NCBI GenBank assembly: GCA_041906885.1
Contig: JAYRII010000014.1
Location: forward strand, 74,059-138,058
From: Candidatus Saccharimonadia bacterium
Lineage (GTDB): Bacteria > Patescibacteriota > Saccharimonadia > CAILAD01 > CAZGYV01
DNA length: 64,000 nucleotides
Reading direction: 5' to 3'
In this document: piece after piece, positions 1 to 11,860 of the stretch
Numbering within the stretch: the stretch's first letter is position 1
Layout of the letters: every line of letters starts with the position of its first letter
Translations under genes and position numbers: made by a program
Notes under the pieces: generated by a model
The model's input: only the letters and a program-made list of their open reading frames with translations
What the model was told of the DNA's origin: nothing
The model's database searches: none

Positions 1-292
1 TTAGTATTAGATTGTCACCAGATGCAACTAACTGTAATTTATCATTAGGTAAGCTAGATACGACTTCGCTCAAAAGCTTTGCAGGCACACTGATAGATCC
101 ATTATTTTCTATTTTAGCTCCTATTGTATATGTGATGGCCATTTCTAAATTAGTCGCTATTATCTTAAGTCTTGATTTGTCAGTTGATATCAAGACATTA
201 CCCAAGACTGGCAGGCTAGTACGGGAGCCAACGATTCTGGTCGTATTATTAAGTGCCCTATTTAGGTTTTCTTGAATGACAGATAGTTTCAT
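1..292 (-). CDS. dnaN: DNA polymerase III beta sliding clamp, N-terminal part (runs off the window edge)
   Basis: Not in the ORF track. Manual translation from ATG at 292 gives MKLSVIQENLNRALNNTTRIVGSRTSLPVLGNVLI...ATNLEMAI, a typical DnaN N-terminus; lies directly downstream of dnaA. Confidence 0.93.
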   Translation of the reverse strand, partial: MKLSVIQENLNRALNNTTRIVGSRTSLPVLGNVLISTDKSRLKIIATNLEMAITYTIGAKIENNGSISVPAKLLSEVVSSLPNDKLQLVASGDNLIL

Positions 293-606
293 TATTGCAG
301 ACTCCAGTTATATTTTAGTTAGGTATATTATAAGTTATTTAGTAGTAGTAGTAATAAGCTTTGTGGATAGTTTGTATAAAGTCATCTTTCTACTTTTATA
401 TAGCGAAAATTTGTAAATCATCTAAGATGTATAAGTTGTGTAGAGCTGGTCTAAAAAGTTTTTATTTCTGTTTATGAACTGGTGATAACTTAATAAGTGT
501 ATTTATCAACTATGGATAAAAAGTGGAAAAATATAACTTTTTACATATTTTTTTCAGACCGTATTCGCTTAATATACACAGCTTATCCACCGACTAATGT
601 GGATAA
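293..606. promoter_or_regulatory. oriC-like AT-rich intergenic region with DnaA boxes
   Basis: TGTGGATAA at 598-606, TTATCCAC at 583-590 and near-matches at ~362 and ~511; very AT-rich; sits between dnaA and dnaN. Confidence 0.8.
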
Positions 607-2019
607 CTAAATGATTAATTTTTGTTTAAGAACTCTTATCTCGTGTCCGAGTGACTCATCGGAGCGTGATAATTCAATTATTTTTTTGACACCATGCATA
701 ACGGTAGTGTGGTCTTTTTTACCCAGCGATCGGGCAATAATTGGAAAGCTAATATTATATTCTTCACGCATAATATACATAGCTACCTGTCTGGGCACCA
801 CAATCTCTTTGTCTCGCTTTGGGCTCATTAAATCGACCACTTTTAAGTCAAAATGGGCGGCGGTTTTTTCAATAATTTGTTTTGGATTGGGTTTTTTTGT
901 TTCACCTCGATGGCTTTTTCCCAGCACTTCCTGTGCCACCTCTAGGGTAATAGGCAAGTCGTGGACTTCGCAATAAGCCATTACTTTATTTAGACCGCCC
1001 TCTAACTCACGAATGTTGGTTTCGATCGATTGGGCGATAAACTCAGCCACGTCATCCGGTAAATTTATTTTTTTACCCCTTGCCTTACTGGCAATAATCG
1101 CAACCCTAGTCTCAAAGTCGGGCAATTGAATATCGGCCACCATACCCCACTCAAAGCGGCTACGCAAGCGGTCTTCAAGAGTGGCAATTGCTTTAGGCGG
1201 GCGATCCGAGCAGAGAACTATTTGCTTACCTTTGTGATGCAAGGCATTGAAAGTGTGGAAGAATTCCTCTTGTGTTGCTTGTTTGCCAGCAATAAACTGC
1301 ATATCATCAACTAGCAAGACATCGACTTGGCGATATTTGTCAGGAAATTTATGACCCCTCGATACAGCATTAATAAAGCTACTAATAAAATCTTCACTGG
1401 TAACATATAATATATTCGAACCGGGGGTTTTTTTAGCAATGGCAGAGCTAACTGCAAACAACAAATGGGTCTTTCCAACCCCAGCCGGGCCGTAGAGAAA
1501 AAGAGGATTGTATGAATCGCCCGGTTTTTCGGCGACTAGCTTGGCCGCAGCATAAGCTAGTCGATTACTCGAGCCGACAATAAAATTATCAAAGTTGTAC
1601 TTACTGTATAGATTGTTACGCTGGTTGATATTATTTAGCTCTGCGCGGGCAGAAGATGTGCTAGTGGGTTTTATCTCATGCTCATCATCCGTGTCATTGG
1701 TGCGAGCAAAGGTAGGTTCTTGGCTTGAGCCAGCAATCAAGATATCATTTTTTTCTTGAGTATCGAGATTGGTTTGACCAACAATATACTCAACCTTCGA
1801 GATATCAGGCCTGATTTTTACTAAGGCAGAAAATATCTGGTCGTTGTACTTTTTGGCGATCCAGTCTTTTTGAAAAATATTAAGAGCCGAGATGGTAGCA
1901 ACACCATTATCTATGCTAATCAGTCTTGAGCCATTGACCCAAGTTTTGTAATTAGCCTTACTCAGAGAGACTTCAAGCTCACCGAGAACGGCTTGCCATA
2001 GCTTGTCCAAAGTTGTCAT
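607..2019 (-). CDS. dnaA: Chromosomal replication initiator DnaA
   Basis: YNPLFLYGPAGVGKTHL Walker A, LLVDDMQF, RLRSRFEWG, KDHTTVMH domain IV. Start refined to the ATG at 2019. Confidence 0.98.
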   Translation of the reverse strand: MTTLDKLWQAVLGELEVSLSKANYKTWVNGSRLISIDNGVATISALNIFQKDWIAKKYNDQIFSALVKIRPDISKVEYIVGQTNLDTQEKNDILIAGSSQEPTFARTNDTDDEHEIKPTSTSSARAELNNINQRNNLYSKYNFDNFIVGSSNRLAYAAAKLVAEKPGDSYNPLFLYGPAGVGKTHLLFAVSSAIAKKTPGSNILYVTSEDFISSFINAVSRGHKFPDKYRQVDVLLVDDMQFIAGKQATQEEFFHTFNALHHKGKQIVLCSDRPPKAIATLEDRLRSRFEWGMVADIQLPDFETRVAIIASKARGKKINLPDDVAEFIAQSIETNIRELEGGLNKVMAYCEVHDLPITLEVAQEVLGKSHRGETKKPNPKQIIEKTAAHFDLKVVDLMSPKRDKEIVVPRQVAMYIMREEYNISFPIIARSLGKKDHTTVMHGVKKIIELSRSDESLGHEIRVLKQKLII

Positions 2020-2074
2020 AGTCACAATAGATCTCACCCACCAAATGATACTTATATAATAGCGATTTTTTTAG

Positions 2075-2137
2075 TTTTCCACAACCAACAAATCATCCAA
2101 TTATTTATCCACATTTTCTATCAACTTAAGTGGATAA
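2075..2137. promoter_or_regulatory. Second DnaA-box cluster in the dnaA-rpmH divergent promoter region
   Basis: Perfect TTATCCACA at 2105-2113, TTTTCCACA at ~2075 and AGTGGATAA at 2129-2137. Confidence 0.8.
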
Positions 2138-2225
2138 GCTGTGTACAGGCAGTGAAAAACAAACACCCAAAGTCACTGCTAGGAATTGACTTTTGAGGTT
2201 AAATCAGATAGTATGGATGGGATTT

Positions 2226-2360
2226 ATGAAACGTACACACCAGCCCAAAAAACGAAGACGCCAGAGAGTTCACGGCTTTATGCAGCGTATGTCCACCCGG
2301 ATGGGTAGAGCAGTCCTAAAAAGGCGACAGCTTAAGGGACGCAAGCGAGTTGCTATTTAA
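2226..2360 (+). CDS. rpmH: 50S ribosomal protein L34
   Basis: Below the ORF-track cutoff; translates to [44 protein letters not shown]; canonical position. Confidence 0.97.
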   Translation: MKRTHQPKKRRRQRVHGFMQRMSTRMGRAVLKRRQLKGRKRVAI

Positions 2361-2362
2361 TT

Positions 2363-2713
2363 ATGATTGCCCGAGACTTACGACTCAGGCGAGCGAGTGA
2401 TTTTGCAAAAGTCTATAAGTATGGTCGTAGCTTTGGAACCAAAGACCTTTTTATTAAAGCCATTAAGACAAACTATGACTTGAGCCACACTGCCATAGTA
2501 GTATCGAAAAAAGTCTCAAAAAAAGCTGTGGTGCGTAATAAAATAAAGCGCAAAGGCATTGAGCTGCTGCGTAAACGTTGGGATCGCCTAAAACCAGGCT
2601 ATAATATAGTTGTGACAGTAAAAAAGGATATCAGTGGAGCGACCGAAGCTGAGTTTGAAAAGCAGATTTTTTTCTGCCTCGAAAGACTAGGAATAGCAAG
2701 TAAAAAGGCATAG
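2363..2713 (+). CDS. rnpA: Ribonuclease P protein component
   Basis: RLRRASDF...VSKKVSKKAVVRNKIKR motif; synteny. Confidence 0.95.
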   Translation: MIARDLRLRRASDFAKVYKYGRSFGTKDLFIKAIKTNYDLSHTAIVVSKKVSKKAVVRNKIKRKGIELLRKRWDRLKPGYNIVVTVKKDISGATEAEFEKQIFFCLERLGIASKKA

Positions 2714-2716
2714 GCA

Positions 2717-2995
2717 ATGAAGAAAGTTCTGATTGGTACAATCAATGTTTATCAAAAAACCTTATCGCCCGATCACGGGCTGATGCGTCATCGCCACCCA
2801 AATGGATTTTGCCGTTTCTACCCGAGCTGTAGTGAGTACACTAAGTTGGCCATTAAGGAGAATGGCTCGTTATTGGGCGTGTGGCTGGGGATAAAAAGAG
2901 TAGGGCGATGTACGCCGTGGACCAAGCCAGCGGTAGATTTAAGCTATTTGCCGGAATACACTAAAATAGTTAGCAAGAAAGGTAAACATGTTTAA
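2717..2995 (+). CDS. yidD: Membrane protein insertion efficiency factor YidD
   Basis: CRFYPSCSEY...RCTPW motif; synteny. Confidence 0.95.
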   Translation: MKKVLIGTINVYQKTLSPDHGLMRHRHPNGFCRFYPSCSEYTKLAIKENGSLLGVWLGIKRVGRCTPWTKPAVDLSYLPEYTKIVSKKGKHV

Positions 2996-3779
2996 TACGA
3001 TTTTGGTTTATCCCTTACTGAATGTCCTCATAGCGATTTATGGCATTTTACCAGGTCATGATTTTGGAATAAGTGTAATAATCTTAACTTTAATTATTAG
3101 GTTGATACTTTGGCCACTGGCCGGCAAGCAGCTTCGTTCGCAAAAAAAGTTGCAAGCCTTACAGCCAGAGATTGCCAAGCTCAAAAAAGAAGCAGGCGGT
3201 GATCGACAAAAAGAATCAGCCCTTTTGATGGAGCTGTATAAAGAGAAGGAAGTCAATCCTTTTTCATCCTGCTTAACTACAGTTGTCCAGCTACCGTTTT
3301 TAATCGCTTTATTTGTGGTTTTCAGCCAAGCAGCCAAGGGTGCTAATTATGTTTTGCCACATCTATATCCGTGGGTAGCAAATATACCTTATATCAAGCA
3401 AATCATAGCAAGTCCTAGCTTGTTTAACCCCACTTTGTTTGGCGTAATTTCTATGGCCAAGCCAAGTATTATCTTGGCGGTCTTGGCTGGAATTGGCCAA
3501 TATATACAGGTCAAAATGATCACACCGAACGTGCCTAAAGGCAGTAAAGATCCTCAAGCTCAAATGACATCAATGATGGTTTATTTGTTTCCGCTTATCA
3601 CGGTGGCGATTGCTTGGCGCTTGCCAGCTGCTCTACCACTTTACTGGCTGACAACCAATATTGTAGCTATAATTCAACAAAAAATTATCGCCGATAAAGA
3701 AGTTGAGGAGATGGAAGAAGAGCCAGTCGTGATAGTAAATAAACCGTCTGGCTCAAAAAAGAAAAGGAAGAAAAAGTAA
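2988..3779 (+). CDS. yidC: Membrane protein insertase YidC/Oxa1
   Basis: IRLILWPL, LQPEI, NPFSSCL..QLP, LYWLTTN motifs. Confidence 0.95.
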   Translation: MFNTILVYPLLNVLIAIYGILPGHDFGISVIILTLIIRLILWPLAGKQLRSQKKLQALQPEIAKLKKEAGGDRQKESALLMELYKEKEVNPFSSCLTTVVQLPFLIALFVVFSQAAKGANYVLPHLYPWVANIPYIKQIIASPSLFNPTLFGVISMAKPSIILAVLAGIGQYIQVKMITPNVPKGSKDPQAQMTSMMVYLFPLITVAIAWRLPAALPLYWLTTNIVAIIQQKIIADKEVEEMEEEPVVIVNKPSGSKKKRKKK

Positions 3780-4228
3780 TGTTTAATGAGGCTCAGTCAA
3801 AAAACATCACGGCCGAATTGCTTGCCTCGATGGGGGTAGTTGCAGAGCTTGAGACTGGCATTTTTAACGATCAGCCATATTTAAACATCAAAAGTTCAGA
3901 CCATGCTATATTGATTGGGCGCGGTGGAGAAAATCTGCGCTCATTGCAGTATATTGTCAATCTAATCCTGAAGCACCACCTAAAAGACAGTCCTTTTGTG
4001 GTGGTGGACGTGGCAGGCTATAAAAAAGAGCGCAACGATAAAATAGCTACTATCGCCAAAGAAGCTGCTGACAAGGCGATCAGCACGAGTAGGGATGTCC
4101 GACTAAAGCCGATGAATTCTTATGAGCGGCGACTGGTGCACATGCACTTGGCAGAAAATCCAGAGGTGGTGACAAGTAGTGAGGGCGAGGAGCCGCATCG
4201 GACTATTATTGTCAAAAAACGGACTTAA
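3779..4228 (+). CDS. jag: Jag/KhpB-like KH-R3H RNA-binding protein (short form)
   Basis: LIGRGGENLRSLQY KH motif and PMNSYERRLVH R3H motif. Confidence 0.9.
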   Translation: MFNEAQSKNITAELLASMGVVAELETGIFNDQPYLNIKSSDHAILIGRGGENLRSLQYIVNLILKHHLKDSPFVVVDVAGYKKERNDKIATIAKEAADKAISTSRDVRLKPMNSYERRLVHMHLAENPEVVTSSEGEEPHRTIIVKKRT

Positions 4229-4434
4229 CACCCCGAAGCAATTCTATCCGCGACTATCATTGTCAAATCATCACTCACTTCAACGCCGTAGGCATACTGC
4301 GCCCCGAGATGATCACTCGATTTTCCTTGATATTCACGGTACAATTGCTTCTCTAAAATATTCGAAAATCGTCCAAGAAGTAGCGTAATTGCTTCTTAAA
4401 TAAAAATCTTTTTACTTTAATAGATATTATTTTT

Positions 4435-5826
4435 ATGATTCCAGTGAAAATAATAAAATATGATACAATTGCCGCGATTGCCTCGCCGTCTGGGCGGGGG
4501 GCAATAGGTATTGTTAGAGTCAGTGGCCCAAAGGCAAAAGCTTTATTGGGGGCGATCTATCGTCCACTCAAGAAGGGACAGATTAAGCCGAGAGAGTTGA
4601 TGTTGGGCTGGGTATATGATGGCGATAAAAAGCTTGATCAGGTATTGAGCGTCTTAATGCCGGGCCCAAATTCGTACACAGCAGAAGATGTTGTCGAGAT
4701 CCACACCCATGGTTCGGCAGCTGTGACTCAGGCTGTATTGGGATTGCTCTTAGATCGCGGAGCTCGTCTGGCCGAACCGGGCGAATTTACCAAAAGAGCC
4801 TACCTAAATGGCAAGATAGACCTCTTACAAGCCGAAGCAATTGGTGATTTGATCGCGGCTGAGAATGAGACTATGATTCGGTTAGCTTCCGACCAGTTAG
4901 CTGGAAAGCTGAGTAAGGAAATTAGGTCAATCAGAGATGAAGTAATAAGCCTAGCTGCTCACGAGTCGGCCTTACTTGATTTTAGCGAAGAGGATATCTC
5001 ACCCGCAGACACCCAAAAAACTATCAAGGCGCTAGATAATATCCACCATAAGATTGATAGATTATTATTAAATTCTGACCAAGTGGCGGTTTTGCGAAAA
5101 GGCTATAAAGTAGCTTTAGTTGGCCTGTCTAATGCCGGCAAGTCAACGCTACTTAATAGCTTGCTTGGCTATGAGAGGTCGATAGTGACCAGCATCCCTG
5201 GCACCACTCGAGATACGATTGAAGAAGTTGTCAATATTAACGGAATAAACATTAGATTGATAGATACGGCAGGACTAAATTCCAAGCCAGAAGAGGTTGA
5301 GCAGATAGGCATCGAGCGAACTAAAGAGGAGATAAATAATAGCGATCTGATATTGCTTTTAATTGAGCCAGGCCGCGAGTATGCGACCAGTCGATATATC
5401 AAAGAAAATCATTTATTTGAGGGTGGTGCAAAGACAAAGGAGAACGTGGTGGTGATATGGACCAAAAGCGACTTAGAATCTAAGCCCGATCCAACAAAAT
5501 TAGCTTTAAAAATAAATAAGAATATCAACGTGTCAGCTGCTAGCGGTAAGGGGCTGGAGGATATCCAGAGCATATTGGAGCAATATGCAAACGACAAGGG
5601 GGTTTTAGAGACAGCCACTACTACAACGTATCGACAAATAGAAGCCTTAAAAATTGCGCAGTCGCAAATTAGGATGAGCCAGAAGTCGCTGGCGGACGGA
5701 GTTGGTAGTGATATCCTGGTGGCCGAATTGGAACAAGTCGCCCATACATTAGGAGGCTTGACCGGCGACGTCACAAACCAAGAGATAATTGACTCGATAT
5801 TTACTAACTTTTGCGTAGGAAAATAG
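4435..5826 (+). CDS. mnmE: tRNA modification GTPase MnmE/TrmE
   Basis: DTIAAIAS, GLSNAGKSTL, PGTTRD, DTAG and C-terminal FCVGK. Confidence 0.97.
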   Translation: MIPVKIIKYDTIAAIASPSGRGAIGIVRVSGPKAKALLGAIYRPLKKGQIKPRELMLGWVYDGDKKLDQVLSVLMPGPNSYTAEDVVEIHTHGSAAVTQAVLGLLLDRGARLAEPGEFTKRAYLNGKIDLLQAEAIGDLIAAENETMIRLASDQLAGKLSKEIRSIRDEVISLAAHESALLDFSEEDISPADTQKTIKALDNIHHKIDRLLLNSDQVAVLRKGYKVALVGLSNAGKSTLLNSLLGYERSIVTSIPGTTRDTIEEVVNINGINIRLIDTAGLNSKPEEVEQIGIERTKEEINNSDLILLLIEPGREYATSRYIKENHLFEGGAKTKENVVVIWTKSDLESKPDPTKLALKINKNINVSAASGKGLEDIQSILEQYANDKGVLETATTTTYRQIEALKIAQSQIRMSQKSLADGVGSDILVAELEQVAHTLGGLTGDVTNQEIIDSIFTNFCVGK

Positions 5827-5855
5827 ACAGGATTAGATAGTCTGGCGGGGATGTT

Positions 5856-7742
5856 CTAGTTGATGTGAGGGTAGTCGAGAGCTGATTTGTAGTATGTATT
5901 TATAGTATCAGTCTTAGCAACAGCACCATTTACCATTACATCGCGATAAAAGACCGTGTGTGATGGTTGATTGGCGTCGTTATTCCCGCTAATAAACTGC
6001 GGCCCCCTGATAACCCCAGATTTGGTCTTCGTTCCATAAAATCTAAACTTCAGTGTCGTGCCTTTCATCTCTGTCTGAATCAGGATATATGCACCTGTGT
6101 CATTTTTGAATTTCATGTCCACTTGAGGGTAGTAGATGGTGGCATCAACGCCAGGTACACCATAAGGCTCAGTGTAGTAACTGACGGCAAAGGCGTGATT
6201 GTGCCGCTCGACGATCGGCAGGCCAGCTAAAAGTGCAGCTCGGTAGGCGGTAGAAGATACTTGGCATAAGCCGCCACCATAGTCGGTGCCTTGTTTGCCG
6301 TCCAAGATGACGTAGCTTTTGGCATAACCCTGTTCGGGTCCAACATCTCCCAGAAGGGCACCAAATGAAAAAGTATCATCTGGCTTAAGCAATACACCAT
6401 TAAATTTAGAGGCGCCAATTCGCACATTGGTCAGCCTGGCAGCCGATGAGCCTGGAAAATAACTAACCCCTTCGCTCAAGAGCTCCTTAATGCCAAGATT
6501 ATTGATATTGTCGTCATCAACATCAGCTTTGGTAGTGTTGATTTGAAGTGCCACTGTACGGCTTGCACTATTTGCAGAAGTCAAAGCGGCAAAGATGACA
6601 TCGGCACTTTTATCGATATCAAGCTTCTTGCCGTCGCGACTTTGCTTAAAAACAGTCGCCTTGTCACCTTCAATCGTAAGCTGAGCATCCTGAGCATCGA
6701 CGTTGATTTGACCAGCAATTTCACCCAGATAGTTTTTAATCTCAGATCTATCAAAACTGAATTGAGAGTCAGTTTCTATTTTTGAATAATAGCTTGTTAG
6801 TAGAGGTTTGTTTTTGACAACTGTGTTTGCGGCACCGGGGTACTTGAGCCAGCTGACAATATTTTTGACTTCAATGTTCCACGACTTGTCGGCCCCGGTT
6901 AATTTCAGCGGCTTAGACACAAAATTTTCGATAGCCATCCTATTGGCGGCTATGGTGTCATCTCCAACCAAAGGCTTGATGGTGATAGACTCGGCTTTTA
7001 TTTGCTTGATATCAAGCAGGCGCAAATGATTGTCTATGTCGAGAATTAACCCACCAAGATCAAGTCGCTGACCATTTTTACCCGGCTCAACCGTTAGTTT
7101 ATTGTCGGCGTAGTCAAAAGTAGCATTTGAGACTGGAGCGGCTGTCTTGTTGTACACCTCATCAAGTGTGCTAGAAAGTTTTTCACCCGAGTAGTTTAGA
7201 TTGGAAGTATTTTTCTTAGCACCACCAAGCATTAGACTTATTTGCTGGGATAGCCGATTAAAAATACTACCGGTGCGGCATTGGGCATAAAGTTCATCAA
7301 CCAGCGTTTGATTGTTATAGGTCAGGTCAATCGAGTGCAAGTCGATTTTTGTATTATTTTGGCCGTTAGTCACAAATAGGGGGGTGTCTATAAAAGTTGC
7401 CGTTTGTTCGTCTAGAAGTTTTTTGGCATCATTTTTTGTTAGGCCACCCAAATAGATTCCATTACCCCAGACACCGGGATATACCCTTTGAGCGTAAGCT
7501 GCTCGTAAGCTGAACATCCCAATGATAAAAATAAGCAGCGAAAACAGCAGAAACGACAGTATTTTTTGACTACCACTCCAGCGGCGAATATTTGGCAAAT
7601 TGAAGACGTGGCTCTCTGTCGTCTTAGCTTCAACTTGGGAGTCGCCGGGTAGCTTACCAGGCTTTTTAAGCGCAACAACATCCACCCGGCTGCTTATGGG
7701 GCGGTGCGAATTATTAGGAGGTAGCTTATTCGGCTTGACCAT
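5856..7742 (-). CDS. VanW-family protein with N-terminal TM helix and peptidoglycan-binding repeats
   Basis: GGGLCQVSST, ERHNH, GVDATIY, DMKFKNDT. Start refined to the ATG at 7742. Confidence 0.9.
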   Translation of the reverse strand: MVKPNKLPPNNSHRPISSRVDVVALKKPGKLPGDSQVEAKTTESHVFNLPNIRRWSGSQKILSFLLFSLLIFIIGMFSLRAAYAQRVYPGVWGNGIYLGGLTKNDAKKLLDEQTATFIDTPLFVTNGQNNTKIDLHSIDLTYNNQTLVDELYAQCRTGSIFNRLSQQISLMLGGAKKNTSNLNYSGEKLSSTLDEVYNKTAAPVSNATFDYADNKLTVEPGKNGQRLDLGGLILDIDNHLRLLDIKQIKAESITIKPLVGDDTIAANRMAIENFVSKPLKLTGADKSWNIEVKNIVSWLKYPGAANTVVKNKPLLTSYYSKIETDSQFSFDRSEIKNYLGEIAGQINVDAQDAQLTIEGDKATVFKQSRDGKKLDIDKSADVIFAALTSANSASRTVALQINTTKADVDDDNINNLGIKELLSEGVSYFPGSSAARLTNVRIGASKFNGVLLKPDDTFSFGALLGDVGPEQGYAKSYVILDGKQGTDYGGGLCQVSSTAYRAALLAGLPIVERHNHAFAVSYYTEPYGVPGVDATIYYPQVDMKFKNDTGAYILIQTEMKGTTLKFRFYGTKTKSGVIRGPQFISGNNDANQPSHTVFYRDVMVNGAVAKTDTINTYYKSALDYPHIN

Positions 7743-7872
7743 TATTATATTATATACCGAGGCGGTATATTTTCGTATATTTTTCGATTTATAGCACGCC
7801 AATGGCTAAAGTAGCGTTTAGATTCTTAGGTGGGTATAATGATGAAAGTTGTTTTAAAAAGACAGGCTATTT

Positions 7873-8307
7873 TTGTTTAAAAAATTTTTTATAGAAAAAA
7901 CCAACAGCACAAAAATTCAGTTTTTCCGTTATTTTTTTGTTGGCGGCACAGGGTTTGTAACTGATTTTACTATTTATTATATTTTAACGAGATATTTTCA
8001 TCTGTTTTATATTGCTGCTAACATCGTAAGCTTTATGACGGCTATGGTGGCTACCTATATCATGAGTGTGGCATGGGTTTTTCCACGACGGGGCGAACGA
8101 ACCATGCTGGCTGAATTTGGCATATTTGCCGCAATTGGTGTGATTGGACTGGCTATAAATTCACTGGTGTTGGGGCTTTTAACTCAAAAAATGTACATCT
8201 TCGATCTAATTGCTAAGGTCGTTGCGGCAGCCATTGTCTATATTTGGAACTTTTTCGTGCGCAAATACTTTTTATTTAATGAGCCGCCAGTCCCTAAGCA
8301 TTTATAG
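7873..8307 (+). CDS. GtrA-family lipid-linked sugar translocase
   Basis: QFFRYFFVGG, four TM helices, WNFFVRKYFLF. Confidence 0.88.
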   Translation: MFKKFFIEKTNSTKIQFFRYFFVGGTGFVTDFTIYYILTRYFHLFYIAANIVSFMTAMVATYIMSVAWVFPRRGERTMLAEFGIFAAIGVIGLAINSLVLGLLTQKMYIFDLIAKVVAAAIVYIWNFFVRKYFLFNEPPVPKHL

Positions 8308-8312
8308 CCTAG

Positions 8313-9400
<1,088 letters not shown>

Positions 9401-9401
<1 letters not shown>

Positions 9402-10258
9402 TGAAGGGAATAATCTTAGCTGGGGGCAGCGGTACCAGGCTCCATCCAATCACCTTTGGTATAAGCAAGCAGATAATGCCCATTTATGATAAGCCGATGA
9501 TTTACTATCCTCTTTCGACTCTCATGATGGCAGGCATTAGAGATATTCTAATAATCTCTACTCCTACTGATTTGCCAAACTTCAAACGACTTTTAGGCGA
9601 TGGCAGCCAAATTGGTTGTAACTTTAGCTATGCCAAACAGAGTGAACCAAACGGCCTAGCCCAGTCCTTTGTGATCGGAAAACAATTTATCGGTGACGAT
9701 AGCGTGGCATTAATCTTAGGCGATAATATATTCTATGGCTCAGATCTTGGCGATAAGTTAAAGAAATTTACTACTCCTGATGGTGGAATAGTGTTTGCTT
9801 ATCACGTATCAGACCCAGAACGATATGGCGTAGTGGAGTTTGATCACAACATGAAAGCTATCTCAATAGAAGAAAAACCATCCAATCCCAAGTCCAGCTA
9901 TGCTGTACCAGGTCTATATTTTTATGATAATAAAGTAGTAGAAATTGCTCATTCCATAAAACCAAGTGACAGAGGAGAATACGAAATAACGGATGTGAAT
10001 AATATTTACTTGAAAGAGGGAAGGCTTAAAGTGGGGGTTTTAGACAGAGGAACCGCTTGGCTTGATACGGGCACCTTCACCTCTCTCATGCAGGCTGCTC
10101 AGTTTGTCCAAGTTATAGAAGAAAGACAAGGACTTAAGATTGGCTGTATCGAGGAAGTGGCATTTCGCGAGGGATATATTGACGCCAATAAGATTGAAAT
10201 CATAGCCAAAAAGCTTATGAAGAGTGGCTACGGCAAATATTTGATGAGCATTCTTTAA
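9401..10258 (+). CDS. rfbA: Glucose-1-phosphate thymidylyltransferase
   Basis: [32 protein letters not shown]; the ATG overlaps the rfbB stop. Confidence 0.97.
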
Positions 10259-10322
10259 AAACAATATTTATATGTAAATTGGATATTAGGGGCGATGATG
10301 GTATTAAGAATCTAGTTAAATA

Positions 10323-10470
10323 TTAAATATTTTTATCAAATTTATATTTAATTAGGTCATTAAAACAATTAATGCCATCAATAATATTAATCTTTTTGCC
10401 CTGCTGTATAGTCCGCCCATTAAACGATATCGGCACTTCAAATATTGTAACCCTTCCGGATCTATGCACA
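10323..10470 (-). pseudogene. Relic C-terminus of a DPM1-like GT2 glycosyltransferase
   Basis: Manual translation IFEVPISFNGRTIQQGKKINIIDGINCFNDLIKYKFDKNI* resembles the GT2 tail pattern EVPISY.GR....GKKI...DG; no upstream catalytic domain. Confidence 0.7.
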
Positions 10471-10767
10471 TTTTATTCCTAACAAAGCCCTCGATAGTAC
10501 GTGTGTTAATCAATTGATTCGATATGTCATCCCCCCAGGCTAATTGCTACTTTATGAAAATAATAGATTTTAGTGTCAGCGCATGATCATAGGGTTTGTT
10601 TATTTGAGTAGCCTACCTTCAAATGTTATATTATATAGTGTCGATTACTACTATGTGAGGATATTATTCTAATAGCTGTATGACCAAATATAAATAAAAC
10701 TCAAACACAAGAATAATCGAACTGCTAAAAGACGACTACAGCCAATATCCAACCAAACTACCATATA

Positions 10768-11478
10768 ATGACTAAAGTAAAAAAAATCGCAATCATTATG
10801 CCTGCTTACAATGAAGGCCAAGTGATTAATAAAGTTATTTCTGATATTAAAGAGATACTTCATGAAAAAAAATATAATTTTGAAATTATTGTCGTAGACG
10901 ACTCGTCTAAAGACAACACAGTGACTAGGTCTAAGGAGGCAGGAGCCACAGTAGTCCCTCATATCATCAATACTGGTAGTGGTGGAGCTACGTCTACGGG
11001 CATAAGCTATGCACAACAGAACAGATTCGATGTTGCAGTCACAGTGGATGCTGATGGCCAACACACGCCCGAGGATATGGTTAAAGGCTTAGAAATCATG
11101 CAAGGATCAGATGCCGATCTACTAATTGGCAGCAGACTAATTAATCCAGCTGGCATGTCTAAAACAAAAATAACTGGCAATCATGGTCTAACTATCTTTA
11201 CTAATGTATTGTTTGGTGTAAAAACTACCGATTCACAGTCTGGACTAAGGATATTCTCAAAAAAAGCAATAGATAGTTTGAGGTGGAAATCGAGCGGCTA
11301 TGAGTTTTGCTCAGAAATGCTCTGGAGGGCCAAGCAATGTGGCCTTAAAATAGATGAGTATCCCATCAGTGCTTTATATACAAGCTATTCAATATCAAAA
11401 GGCCAAAACAACTGGAACTCTATCAATATAATAAAATCATTGTTGTATAGAAGAGTAATGGAGTTTTTTGGTGAGTAG
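10768..11478 (+). CDS. GT2 polyprenol-phosphate glycosyltransferase (DPM1-like)
   Basis: IIMPAYNE, VVDDSSKD, DADGQH, DSQSGLR. Confidence 0.92.
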   Translation: MTKVKKIAIIMPAYNEGQVINKVISDIKEILHEKKYNFEIIVVDDSSKDNTVTRSKEAGATVVPHIINTGSGGATSTGISYAQQNRFDVAVTVDADGQHTPEDMVKGLEIMQGSDADLLIGSRLINPAGMSKTKITGNHGLTIFTNVLFGVKTTDSQSGLRIFSKKAIDSLRWKSSGYEFCSEMLWRAKQCGLKIDEYPISALYTSYSISKGQNNWNSINIIKSLLYRRVMEFFGE

Positions 11479-11836
11479 ATATACATTATTAATTATTCTA
11501 AATACCCCCCTAATAGTGATCGGCGTCCTTAACACTATAGTTTCGTATAAGATGAAAAATATAGGCAAACGCAGATTCCGTATCCGACTGGCACTATGGG
11601 TAAGCATTTTTGCAGGTCTATTGTTTGCCGAACCAATATACAATTATTTGTTTACTAATAGCCTCACACATACAGAACCACTTAGCCTTTTTGATGTTAT
11701 ACAAATTACGGCAATAATTACCATTTTATTTATTGCCAACCAAGCGAATTTAAGAGCTAGCTTACTAGAGAGACAGTTACGCGATTTACATCAGGAGCTA
11801 TCGATTCGTCTCTCAAAAGATAAAAAGAACAGCTAG
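11468..11836 (+). CDS. Small membrane protein, DUF2304-like partner of DPM1-like GT2
   Basis: Three TM helices plus a C-terminal coiled tail (LERQLRDLHQELSI); overlaps the GT2 stop. Confidence 0.7.
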   Translation: MVSRYTLLIILNTPLIVIGVLNTIVSYKMKNIGKRRFRIRLALWVSIFAGLLFAEPIYNYLFTNSLTHTEPLSLFDVIQITAIITILFIANQANLRASLLERQLRDLHQELSIRLSKDKKNS

Positions 11837-11860
11837 ACATTTTTTAGTATATCAATGTGC

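Noticed and set aside
12-275. 87-aa plus-strand ORF and the many other short antisense ORFs in the track
   Set aside because: They overlap well-supported genes on the opposite strand (here dnaN) and show no motifs.
4229-4400. jag-mnmE spacer with three GAAGCAATT copies and a startless ~56-codon minus-strand frame
   Set aside because: No start codon, recognisable motif or convincing structure; could be a relic but cannot be supported.
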